Shown: positions 1 through 11,557, counted from the first letter of the stretch. The stretch: DNA of 64,000 nucleotides from Pachysolen tannophilus NRRL Y-2460 (GCA_001661245.1 KV454013.1:1683860-1747859); one strand, 5' to 3'. The notes: generated from the letters alone by a model not told the origin. Made by a program: numbers and translations.

Positions 1-3000
1 CCTTGGTACTCCTGAGAGCTCAGAGTTGGTGCTGAATAAGCTGAACTTGAAGCACCAGATGAACTAAATACTGGAGCCGAAGGTCTAACTGAACTTGCGG
101 CACCAGATGAACTAAATACTGGAGCCGAAGGTCTACCTGAGCTTGGAACACCAGATGAACTAAATACTGGAGCCGAAGGTCTACCTGAGCTTGCTACTCC
201 TGATGAACCGGAAGCCGCTGCTAGAGAACTAGCTGAACTTCCTGCACCAGACGAACTAAATACTGGAGCTGAAGATCTACTTGAACTTGGAACTTCTGAT
301 GAACTCAGAGCTGGAGCTGAATAAGCTGAGCTAGGAACTCCTGATGAACTCAGAGCTGGAGCTGAAGAAGCTGAACTTGCAACACTAGCTGAACTAAATA
401 CTGGAGCCGAAGATCTACCTGAGCTTAGAACTCCTGATGAACTCAGAGCTGGAGCTGAATAAGCTGAACTTGCAACACTAGATGAACTAAAGACTGGAGC
501 CGAAGGTCTACCTGAGCTTGCTACTCCTGATGAACCGGAAGCCGCTGCTAGAGAACTAGCTGAACTTCCTGCACCAGACGAACTAAATACTGGAGCCGAA
601 GATCTACCTGAACTTGGAACACCAGATGAACCAAATACTGGAGCCGAAGATCTACCTGAACTTGGTACTGCTGAAGAACTCAGAGCTGGAGCTGAATAAG
701 CTGAGCTTAGAACTCCTGATGAACTCAGAGCTGGAGCTGAAGATCTACCTGAACTTGGAACACCAGATGAACTAAATACTGGAGCCGAAGATCTACCTGA
801 ACTTGGAACACTAGATGAACCAAATACTGGAGCCGAAGATCTACCTGAGCTTAGAACTCCTGATGAACTCAGAGCTGGAGCTGAAGAAGCTGAACTTGGA
901 ACACTAGATGAACTAAATACTGAAGCAGAAGATCTACCTGAGCTTGGAACTCCTGATGAACCGGAAGCCGCTGCTAGAGAACTAGCTGAACTTCCTGTAC
1001 CAGACGAACTAAATACTGGAGCTGAAGATCTACCTGAGCTTGGAACACCAGATGAACTAAATACTGAAGCAGAAGATCTACCTGAGCTTGGAACTCCTGA
1101 TGAACTCAGAGCTGGAGCCGAATAAGCTGAACTTGGAACACCAGATGAACTAAATACTGGAGCCGATGATCTACCTGAACTTGGTACTGCTGAAGAACTC
1201 AGAGCTGGTGCTGAATAAGCCGAGCTAGGAATTCCTGATGAACTCAGAGCTGGAGCTGAATAAGCTGAACTTGGAATACCTGATGAACTCAGAGCTGGAG
1301 CTGAATAAGCTGAACTTGGAACACCAGATGAACTCAGAGCTGGAGCTGAATAAGCTGAGCTTGGAACACCAGATGAACTAAATAATGGAGCCGAAGATCT
1401 ACCTGAACTTGGAACTCCTGATGAACTAAAGACTGGAGCCGAAGATCTACCTGAACTTAGAACTCCTGATGAACTCAGAGCTGGAGCTGAATAAGCTGAA
1501 CTTGCAACACTAGATGAACTAAAGACTGGAGCCGATGATCTACCTGAACTTGGTACTCCTGATGAACTAAAGACTGGAGCCGAAGATCTACCTGAACTTG
1601 GAACACCAGATGAACTGAATACTGGAGCCGAAGATCTACCTGAGCTTAGAACTCCTGATGAACTCAGAGCTGGAGCTGAATAAGCTGAACTTGCAACACT
1701 AGATGAACTAAAGACTGGAGCCGATGATCTACCTGAACTTGGTACTCCTGATGAACTAAAGACTGGAGCCGATGATCTACCTGAACTTGGAACACCAGAT
1801 GAACTAAATACTGGAGCCGAAGATCTACCTGAGCTTAGAACTCCTGATGAACTCAGAGCTGGAGCTGAATNNNNNNNNNNNNNNNNNNNNNNNNNNNNNN
1901 NNNNNNNNNNNNNNNNNNNNNNNNNNNNNNNNNNNNNNNNNNNNNNNNNNNNNNNNNNNNNNNNNNNNNNNNNNNNNNNNNNNNNNNNNNNNNNNNNNNN
2001 NNNNNNNNNNNNNNNNNNNNNNNNNNNNNNNNNNNNNNNNNNNNNNNNNNNNNNNNNNNNNNNNNNNNNNNNNNNNNNNNNNNNNNNNNNNNNNNNNNNN
2101 NNNNNNNNNNNNNNNNNNNNNNNNNNNNNNNNNNNNNNNNNNNNNNNNNNNNNNNNNNNNNNNNNNNNNNNNNNNNNNNNNNNNNNNNNNNNNNNNNNNN
2201 NNNNNNNNNNNNNNNNNNNNNNNNNNNNNNNNNNNNNNNNNNNNNNNNNNNNNNNNNNNNNNNNNNNNNNNNNNNNNNNNNNNNNNNNNNNNNNNNNNNN
2301 NNNNNNNNNNNNNNNNNNNNNNNNNNNNNNNNNNNNNNNNNNNNNNNNNNNNNNNNNNNNNNNNNNNNNNNNNNNNNNNNNNNNNNNNNNNNNNNNNNNN
2401 NNNNNNNNNNNNNNNNNNNNNNNNNNNTGGAACACCAGATGAACTAAATACTGGAGCCGAAGATCTACCTGAGCTTAGAACTCCTGATGAACTCAGAGCT
2501 GGAGCTGAATAAGCTGAACTTGCAACACTAGATGAACTAAAGACTGGAGCCGATGATCTACCTGAACTTGGTACTCCTGATGAACTAAAGACTGGAGCCG
2601 ATGATCTACCTGAACTTGGAACACCAGATGAACTAAATACTGGAGTCGATGATCTACCTGAGCTTAGAACTCCTGATGAACTCAGAGCTGGAGCTGAATA
2701 AGCTGAACTTGGAACACCAGATGAACTAAATAATGGAGCCGAAGATCTACCTGAACTTGGAACTCCTGATGAACCGGAAGCCGCTGCTAGAGAACTAGCT
2801 GAACTTCCTGCACCAGACGAACTAAAGACTGGAGACGACGATCTACCTGAACTTGGAATACCCGAAGAACTCAGAGCTGGAGCTGAATAAGCTGAACTTG
2901 GTACTACGGAAGAACTCAAGACTGGAGCTGAAGATCTACCTGAGCTTGGAACTCCTGATGAACTCAGAGCTGGTGCTGAATTAGCTGAACTTGGAACTCC

Positions 3001-3230
3001 TGAAGAGCCTATGACTGGAGCCGATGATCTACCTGAACTTGGAACACCAGATGAACTAAATACTGGAGCCGAAGATCTACCTGAACTTGGAACTTCTGAT
3101 GAACTCAGAGCTGAAGCTGAATAAGCTGAGCTTAGAACTCCTGATGAACTCAGACCTGGAGTTGAATTAGTTGAAGTATCAAGACCAGAAGAACTTAATG
3201 CTGGAGCTGAAGATCTAACTGAACTTTGGA
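1..3230 (-). repeat. Coding minisatellite: mosaic of 48-nt (SSSGVPSSGRSSAPVF) and 45-nt (SSSGVPSSAYSAPA[CTG]) units, with occasional GAGSSASSLAAASG units
   Basis: Tandem units are directly visible, e.g. gaacttggaacaccagatgaactaaatactggagccgaagatctacct; the array is interrupted by the N-gap at 1871-2427. Confidence 0.95.
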
Positions 3231-6200
3231 AACTAGATGCAATTGGAACTCCTGACGTACTGAAAAGAGGAGTCGTTGAACCAGTTGATTCTTGATTTCC
3301 AGATGAAATTGTAGTTGGAAGCGATGAAGTAAGCAAAGTGGTACTAGCATAGGAACTTAAAACACTGGATGGTATTTTACTTGTAGAGCTTCCCGGTAAT
3401 GCTGGAATGGATGAAGTTACTGAATTTGCACTAGATATGTAGTTGGAGGATGTTTTCGATGCCGTAGACTTCAGTTGCAGCGAGACAGATGTTTCGGAAG
3501 AAGTTGTGGATGATGTTGTTGGATTCACTGAGATTGTCAAAAAGCTTGATGGAGAAGTTGAAAAATAACTCAATCTTTGTGAGCTTGATTTGGAAGCAAT
3601 AAATGGAGTCGAAGTTGCTGTAGAACAACTAGTAGAAGATTCAAATGTGGAATACGAAGTTGGTGACGAGTACGACAATATACCAGTAAGTGAGGTGGAA
3701 TAATAAATGGCTGAGCTTGTACTTGGAGCGCTAGAAGTTATTGAGGTCACTGATGCCCAATTTGATAACACCGTAATTTTATCACTGGTCAAAAGCGTAC
3801 TTTCCGTCGTAATTGATGTAGAACTACTCCATGGCCAAGTATATGGGCTTATGGAATTCGAAATTGTAGTCGTTTCTGTTGGTGAGCTACTCCAAACTAA
3901 GCTACTTTTAGATGCAGATGATGAAATTGTTGTTGGGCTAGCCAAAGGCCAATTACTTGAAGTAGTTGCTGTTGATGATGATGACGAACAGATAGTCGAT
4001 GAGCTAATTGAAGTTTTTGGAGTACTCGATAATGAAACGGATGAAGTCGTTGTTGGTGATGTTGAAATCCTAGGTGACAAAGGTAATGAGCTTGTAGAGC
4101 TGGTAGAACTGGTAGAACTGGTGAAAGTTGTGAAGCTAGTAGAACTAGTTGAACTAGCTGAACTTGAGAAACTTGTAGAACTGGTAAAAATTGTAAAGCT
4201 AGTAGACCCTGTAGAACTTGTAGAACTTGTAGAACTTGTAGAACTAGTAGAACTTGTAGAACTAGTTGAACTTGTAGAACTTGTAGAACTAGTTGAACTA
4301 GTTGAACTTGTAGAACTTGTTGAACTAGGTGAACTTGTAGAACTAGTTGAACTAGTTGAACTTGTAGAACTTGTTGAACTAGGTGAACTTGTAGAACTAG
4401 TTGAACTAGTTGAACTTGTAGAACTTGTAGAACTTGTTGAACTAGGTGAACTTGTAGAACTAGTTGAACTAGTTGAACTTGTAGAACTTGTTGAACTAGG
4501 TGAACTTGCAGAACTAGTTGAACTAGTTGAACTTGTAGAACTAGTTGAACTAGTTGAACTTGTAGAACTTGTTNNNNNNNNNNNNNNNNNNNNNNNNNNN
4601 NNNNNNNNNNNNNNNNNNNNNNNNNNNNNNNNNNNNNNNNNNNNNNNNNNNNNNNNNNNNNNNNNNNNNNNNNNNNNNNNNNNNNNNNNNNNNNNNNNNN
4701 NNNNNNNNNNNNNNNNNNNNNNNNNNNNNNNNNNNNNNNNNNNNNNNNNNNNNNNNNNNNNNNNNNNNNNNNNNNNNNNNNNNNNNNNNNNNNNNNNNNN
4801 NNNNNNNNNNNNNNNNNNNNNNNNNNNNNNNNNNNNNNNNTGAACTAGTTGAACTTGTAGAACTTGTTGAACTAGGTGAACTTGTAGAACTAGTTGAACT
4901 AGTTGAACTTGTAGAACTTGTTGAACTAGGTGAACTTGTAGAACTAGTTGAACTAGTTGAACTTGTAGAACTTGTAGAACTTGTTGAACTAGGTGAACTT
5001 GTAGAACTAGTTGAACTAGTTGAACTTGTAGAACTTGTTGAACTAGGTGAACTTGCAGAACTAGTTGAACTAGTTGAACTTGTAGAACTAGTTGAACTAG
5101 TTGAACTTGTAGAACTTGTTGAACTAGGTGAACTTGTAGAACTAGTTGAACTAGTTGAACTTGTAGAACTTGTTGAACTTGTTGAACTTGTAGAACTAGT
5201 AGAACTTGTAGTACTTGTAGAACTTGTAGAACTAGGTGAACTTGTAGAACTAGTTGAACTAGTTGAACTTGTAGAACTTGTTGAACTAGGTGAACTTGTA
5301 GAACTAGTTGAACTAGTTGAACTTGTAGAACTTGTTGAACTTGTTGAACTTGTAGAACTAGTTGAACTTGTAGAACTTGTAGAACTTGTTGAACTTGTAG
5401 AACTAGTTGAACTAGTTGAACTTGTAGAACTTGTAGAACTTGTAGAACTTGTAGAACTTGTAGAACTTGTAGAACTAGTTGAACTAGTTGAACTAGTTGA
5501 ACTTGTAGAACTTGTAGAACTTGTAGAACTTGTAGAACTTGTAGAACTTGTAGAACTTGTTGAAGTGGTGGAGCTTGTTGAAGTTGGGGAGCTCGTTGAA
5601 GTTTTCGAGCTTGTTGAACTTGTAGAAGTTGTCGAAGTGGTGGAAGTTGTTGGGGAACTTGTAGAACTTGTTGAAGTTTTCGAAGTTGTTGAAGTTGTCG
5701 AAGTAGTGGAAGTGGTGGAGCTTGTTGAAGTTGTTGAAGTTGTAGAACTTGTAGAAGTTTTTGAACTTGTTGAAGTTGTGGTGCTTGTTGAAGTTGGGGA
5801 GCTCGTCGAAGTTTTCGAGCTTGTGGAACTTGTTGAAGTTGTGGAGCTTGTTGAAGTTTTCGAAGTAGTCGAAGTGGTCGAACTTGTACTAGAAGAATAT
5901 GATCCACAGCTTGCGGGCCATTCATAAGTTGGGAAATCTGTTTCGTCGTCTGTACAACCACCGATATAAGTCCAACTATCAGAATATGAAGAAAACATAC
6001 AATCTAAAAGGTTTAATATATTGATGCTACCGCACCAAGTAAATTCAATTTCAAGAGTTGGGGCAGTGGCAACACCATCTGAAACAGTTGCTTCCACCTC
6101 CACTGTTGCTGTCCAATCACAAGAATCTGTTATCAAATCTGTAAGAGAACTTGAATAAACAGTAAAACTACCTGAGGTAGTTCCTGTAATAAGAATTTCT

Positions 6201-7003
6201 GTCAACGCTGAAAGATCTAAACAATCAGATGCAGAAAAACTAAGTGTAAGCTCGTAAAAATTGCTTGAAATCCATTCAACAGCAGTAATTGAAATTGTGG
6301 CCAGCGGCATATCTTCTGCTGACAGGCGGGATGTAAAATCATAACTAGGACATACTTCATTAATATCTGAGGTTGCACATGTCACTGGTCCTGTGATAGT
6401 AGATGAAGTCGAGGTTGTTGAAGTTTTTGAAGTTGAAGTGGTTTTAATCGGTGATGTTGAAGTTGTAGTGGTCATACCTTGACCTTGTTCTCCGCCTTGA
6501 CCTCCACTACTTTCACCGTTACTTCCTTCGTTGCTTCCTCCATTACTTCCTTCGTTGCTTCCCCCATTGCTTCCTTCGTTGCTTTCTCCACTGCTTCCTT
6601 CATTGGTTCCTACATTACTTTCATCATTACTTTCACCGCTACTCCCTACATTACTTTCATCATTACTTTCACCGCTACTTCCTACATTGCTTTCATCATT
6701 ACTTCCCTCATTATCTGGTACCAGGATCGGTCCCCTTTTCCCTAGAGAAAAATAAGCTAAAGTACGATTTTTTTTTTTAGTTAGTTAGTTTTGCGTTGAA
6801 AACAAAGGAAATCTAGTCAACGAAAAAAATTCGCTATAAAAAAAAAAAATTAACTTACATTTAGTTCCATCTCGTTTAACATTAATACCTTTGTTAGATC
6901 TAAAATTTGAAGGAATAACAAGAGCATTGGAAATTGTAATGACCAACAATAGTAAAATCAACAATAAGGTTGAAAATGAAAAATTGGATTTGAATAGTCG
7001 CAT
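1..7003 (-). CDS. Giant Flo11-domain flocculin/adhesin. Exon 1 is 7003-6859; the intron runs from 6858 to 6757 (or 6742); exon 2 runs across two N-gaps and off the left edge of the window
   Basis: ATG at 7003 begins a signal peptide (STLLLILLLLVITISNA). GTAAGT donor at 6858, CTAAC branch repeats at 6788-6780. Either acceptor joins in frame to the 4550..6475 ORF. Residues at 6379-5906 (CPSYDF, ITAVEWISSNFYELT, LITDSCDWTATVEVEAT, ETDFPTYEWPASC) match recalled Flo11 A-domain motifs (CPNLDF, VTSVSWVQDNTYQIT, LIDNPTDFTATFEVYAT, QTDFPGFYW). A long Ser/Thr stalk follows. Frame across the gaps is assumed. Confidence 0.88.
4210..5885 (-). repeat. Coding 9-nt tandem repeat (ACAAGTTCT/ACTAGTTCA, encoding Thr-Ser-Ser), degenerating toward 5885
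   Basis: Long visible gaacttgta/gaactagtt array, interrupted by the N-gap at 4574-4840. Confidence 0.95.
6480..6712 (-). repeat. Coding SNEG/SNDE/SSGE repeat in the adhesin N-terminal region
   Basis: The minus strand reads DNEGSNDESNVGSSGESNDESNVGSSGESNDESNVGTNEGSSGESNEGSNGGSNEGSNGGSNEGSNGESSGGQGGEQGQG, in frame with the ATG at 6475. Confidence 0.85.
6757..6858 (-). other. Spliceosomal intron of the adhesin (alternative in-frame acceptor at 6742)
   Basis: GTAAGT ... AACTAACTAAC ... TTAG (6757) or CTAG (6742); phase 1; splicing restores the reading frame. Confidence 0.8.
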
Positions 7004-10000
7004 TGCGAGAAAATCAAATCAAGAGTATTTTTGTTTATTTGATTATTTCTTTTTTTTTTCGTTTTTTCTTAAAACTCTATAGAAAACAGCACTCTTGTGA
7101 TGAATGATGATAAAAAATCTAAAATCCAACCCTGAAACTTGTCTATATATCACTGATCGATAAAGTCCTTAGTTCGGAATGAAAAATATATGTGTTGATA
7201 ATAACCGATAAAAATTGTCAACAACAAAAATAAAAATAAAAGAAAAAAAGATCAAAATACTGGAAACTGAACAATATAGAATATAAGATCTTTAACTTGA
7301 AGGAATCTAACTTCTATATATTAGAAATGATATTTGAAAATTGGAATAGAAAATTGAAGAAGAAAATTGAGAGAGAGGAAAAAAAAAAAAAAAAATTGAA
7401 AAATGATCGAAAGTTTTCAAACCAGCATACCTTTCATATAATAAAAATGAACAAAGATGGACTGGAAAATAAAAAATTGGTTATATAAGATGGGGTTGAA
7501 AATTAGTTGAAAATTTGATATCTAGGAGATGCCTGGCTTTAGACAAAGTTGAAGATGAGAAAAATTTCCAAGTGCGGTGCGGTGCGGTGCCAAAAGAAAC
7601 TGAATTGTAATAGTGAGCCGCAACCAGGCTAGCAAGAGAAATTTTTTCAAGCTTATGCAGCGTTATTAATTTCAAGGCGTCTTGGCTATCTGTTAGATCT
7701 GACATGCGTCACTAAATAATACCTTAAAAGTCTGATTAGGAGAGTAAAAAATTTTTTTTTTTTTTTTTGTTTTTTTGTTTAAATATGCAGAAGATTGTAT
7801 GCATGCAAGTTATTTAACTATTCTAGGCGGGATCATTCAACTTAGTAATTTGTTACATTTTGAGCTCAGATGAGTGACAATTCTGTTCTATGATCATGAT
7901 GAAAACAACGAAGAGCTACATACAAGAGTTACGTGGGGGAGCAGATACGGAAGAGGAAAGGGAAGAAAACTTACCGAAAATCAGTGGAACTATTTATTTG
8001 CAAAGACGTCCTTAAAACGCAGTGGACGCCTCAAACAATGAGTTGAACAAATATGACGTTTTTTATTTTCTTTTCTTGTTTATAATAAAAGGAGAGGTGT
8101 GTTTGTGTTATGTTTTATTCAAATTTTTTGTCTTAGACCACACTGATATTAGCGAATGGTTACGTAAGACTAACAATAAAATTTGAAGAAAAGTGACGAA
8201 GTTGGTTTTGGTTTGGGTTTTGGTAGTTTTTCAAAGAGTCTAGAAATCAAGATATCGAAAAAGGAATCATGTCTTGTGGTATTTTTTGTTTTTTTAACCA
8301 AAAAAAATAAAAAAACATATAAATTAAAACCTGATTTCGCCTGGATTTTAATAAACTAAATCACATGAGCGGTTTCAGAAGTAATTTAACTTAGTGAAGA
8401 CATTTAATTTACGAATTTCAGCTTGACCATTGAAACAAAAGAAAAATAAATAAAATAAAAATTACAACTTCATGAGAACTTGATCGGTTCCTCCTAAATT
8501 GTTTTTTGGTTCGTTGTAGGCCTTTAGTAGGATTAATTGAAAATGCAAAATAGTCGTTCAACAAGAACCCTATCTAGTTAACTTGGAATATTATTCCATT
8601 AAACAATTTTCTTAATATATTTTGTATGGTTAAAGTTGCCCTCTTTTGCATCTTTGCTTTTTTTTTTTTTTTACTAGGGATGTTATTAATTTACAAGGAA
8701 ACCAAACCAGAATAGCAAATTTCAATCGCAGATCGAATAATATACCATTTATCAATTTCAATAATCCTGCCAAACAAAAAATACACACATTTTTAATAAA
8801 TTAAAATAACTACTTTTGGTTTAAAATCCTATAACTGATAAATATATATACATCCACAGAAATTTAGCAAATATTAAACTTGACTAAACTTGAATTTAAC
8901 ATTAAACATCTTTTTAGTAAAAAAAAAAAAAAAAAAAAGAAAATTCACCTGTTTTCCACCTAATGTTATTATATGGATGTATAGATAAAGCTTAAAGTTT
9001 CTTTTGTTTTTCATTTGCGGCTCAGTCATGTATCCTATTCGGGATTTACATTTTGCTCTTTACTAGGACAAGGAAAGTAGGAAAAAACCATACATACATA
9101 AATATGGATGGATATATATAAAATGTGTGAGTCTTCCAACCCTCTCTTATTAAGAAAAAAGCAAGCTACACAGTTTTTTGCATTACACTACTTTGATTGA
9201 ATAAATAAGAGATAAGAGAGTAATTATTAAATGTAAATGATTTAAGGATAAAAAAAAAAAAAAAAAAATTAGGTGGGTGGGCAGTGAATGGATAATAGGT
9301 GGATGGAAGAGACCTTACACATCTTTTAATTAAAAATTAAAAAGTTAAGTTTTTAATTAAAGAGCTTATATTAATTTTAAGCTTAAATCTGTAAGTTAAT
9401 TTTACCAGTTGAGGCTCGATTCGGAAATCTATTATATCTATTAGACTTGATATCCTATATATATATAAATATATAAATATATATCTCTATATATATATTT
9501 TAAACAATAGGGTTTAGTCTGAAAATGAGGTTTTAATAATAAAGGTATTAAAAATTAGCGTTGTAAATAAATAATGGTACTGCATTAGTTAGTTAGTTGG
9601 AATTCTATTTTTTTAATTGTTTCCTACTGCGGGGCGGCCGGAGGCGGGTTCTTCTGAAATATTTTCCCGCCGTTTTCATGAAAAATTCCTGCAAGGCTGG
9701 AATAAGTAAACTAGCATAGATATGCTCAGTTTTATATGTAGGTTTATTTACAATTGCAGAAGAAGTATTGCAGATTACTACTACATATACTACTATATAG
9801 ATACTTTATAACTATAGCTTGCTTGTAAATACTATAAATTAATAAAATAATCTTTGATCAAAATATAGAGTTTTTTTTTTTCTTTCTTTTTCCTTTAATT
9901 TCAATCTATTTCATTAAAAATGATTTATATTAAATTAACAACGTTTTCGTTATTATCGGTTTATGTTGGAATCGATTCAAATTTTAATGAGCGTTTTATT

Positions 10001-10212
10001 TTTATTTTTATTTTTAATTTTATTACAGCAGCGCTAATTAGTACTTTAATTAAAAGATCAAACTAGTAGATAATTAAGATGTCTTGCAGCACCTGCTTCT
10101 TCTAATTTATTTTAAATTTATTGCAAATAGTTGTGTTACACAAATGTTTTTCTTCCGAGGTGAAATTGTATTATTGTATTGTATTGTAAAAGTTGTAGTC
10201 GAGTTACACAAA

Positions 10213-10221
10213 GACACAAAA
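10213..10221 (+). promoter_or_regulatory. Possible Ndt80 middle-sporulation element (GACACAAAA)
   Basis: Exact GNCRCAAAW match, with further CACAAA cores near 10139 and 10207, upstream of the 10557 gene. Confidence 0.35.
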
Positions 10222-10556
10222 GTAACAAACCCAAAAAAAAAAAAAAAAAAACCAAAATTTACCCAAATTACTTTGAGTTTAGGCCTAACCCCCAATCCAG
10301 TCTCCAATGTTTTCTTCTCTATGCTGCTAATGGCTCAGAATTCAATTAGATTGGAAATGCCTTTTGTCTTTTCAATTTTGCAACCGGAACTATAAAAAAG
10401 ATTTATTCTTTTATTATTAAAAAATTTTTTTTTTTTTTTCTTTTTTCTTTCTTGTTGTTGTTGTTGTTGTTGTTGTAAATTTAAGGGTATTTGAAGGTCC
10501 TTCACCACTCGCCTCGTTAAAATACCATTTTATTTTGCTAATATAACCATCCAAAA

Positions 10557-11300
10557 ATGCCAATTGAACTTATTCTTTCTCCATTGATGAGGCCTGCAGT
10601 AAGGGCAAAAGCCCTTTTATTCCATCCTCACCGTCGTTCTTCACGTTATATTCCAAATATCATTGATTTAAAACAAGAAAAAATATCCGAATATGCTATA
10701 AGAAAGAAATTTGGTACTGGTTCTAAAATCTTTGATGTATTTGATGCTTCTTCAGAAAAAATCAATGGACCAGAAGATGCATCAAAGAGAATTTTTTGGC
10801 TTGTTAGATCAAGAGCAGTTAAAGGTGCTTATAAGATGTATTCTAGTGATATTACAGGTACAGGAGAAAACGGAGAAGATGAACCGGTTGCAGCTTTAAG
10901 AGCTGGATTACGTTCAAATGTCTTGTTAATTAGAGCTCCACAAGCACCAGCAGCAGAATTGGGTTGGCACATCATAGGTCATCGTGTTGATGCCATTGAC
11001 AGTTATAGAATGTTTACTTTATCAGATGGTGTCACTTATCAGTGGACAACTTCGGGTAAATTCTTGGAAAAAGTTGCCAATGTTGGTGAAAAAGAATCTG
11101 AAGTTAGAGAAAGAATTGCTCAAGTAATACCAGCAGGAAAAGGTGGTTTCAACATCAAGGTTGATGAATCAAAGATTCCTCGTGAGATGGCTATAGCTTC
11201 TGCGATGTGCTCTTATATTGACCAATGGAATACTGATTTTGCTGTTGGTGGTATTTACTTGGCACATCAACCAAGACAAGTTAGATGGAAGAGAGATTAA
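10557..11300 (+). CDS. Protein of unknown function (247 aa), possibly with a tubby-C/LURP-one-like beta-rich fold
   Basis: Good ATG context (AAAAATG), typical codon usage, globular composition. The fold is a guess from the YQW motif and a C-terminal helix. Confidence 0.75.
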   Translation: MPIELILSPLMRPAVRAKALLFHPHRRSSRYIPNIIDLKQEKISEYAIRKKFGTGSKIFDVFDASSEKINGPEDASKRIFWLVRSRAVKGAYKMYSSDITGTGENGEDEPVAALRAGLRSNVLLIRAPQAPAAELGWHIIGHRVDAIDSYRMFTLSDGVTYQWTTSGKFLEKVANVGEKESEVRERIAQVIPAGKGGFNIKVDESKIPREMAIASAMCSYIDQWNTDFAVGGIYLAHQPRQVRWKRD

Positions 11301-11516
11301 AATAAAAAATAAAAAAGTGGAAAATTATTTGTTAATTGAGGGATTACACAAATAATCACTTTATCATTATTGCATGCCTAACACACAGGGTAAAAAAGAA
11401 GAAGAGGTGAGAGGTGAGAGGTGGGGTGAATATATAGAAAAAAAACTAGATTAGAATTAGTATTTAAAGGAAAGAAGAAGAAACAAAAAAAAAAAGCACA
11501 TTCTTTCTTCTTCTTT

Positions 11517-11557
<41 letters not shown>

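Noticed and set aside
1..3230. Regularly spaced repeats superficially like a CRISPR array
   Set aside because: No unique spacers, unit lengths are multiples of three, the array is coding, and the context is eukaryotic.
3707..5927. Plus-strand ORFs encoding (ELV)n and the minus-strand (VLQ/VQL)n frame
   Set aside because: Antisense and off-frame shadows of the 9-nt Thr-Ser-Ser repeat, extended artificially through N-gaps.
6479..6755. Plus-strand 88-aa and 74-aa repetitive hydrophobic ORFs
   Set aside because: Antisense of the adhesin SNEG repeat.
7095..7160. Possible C/D snoRNA (GTGATGA/ATGATGA ... CTGA ... CTGA)
   Set aside because: Only about 8 nt of recalled rRNA complementarity and no terminal stem; it lies antisense in the adhesin leader/promoter.
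8470..8500. GAACTTGATC resembling a fungal TPP riboswitch core
   Set aside because: Lacks the CTGAGA and TAAT..CAGCG.AAG elements, and there is no thiamine gene nearby.
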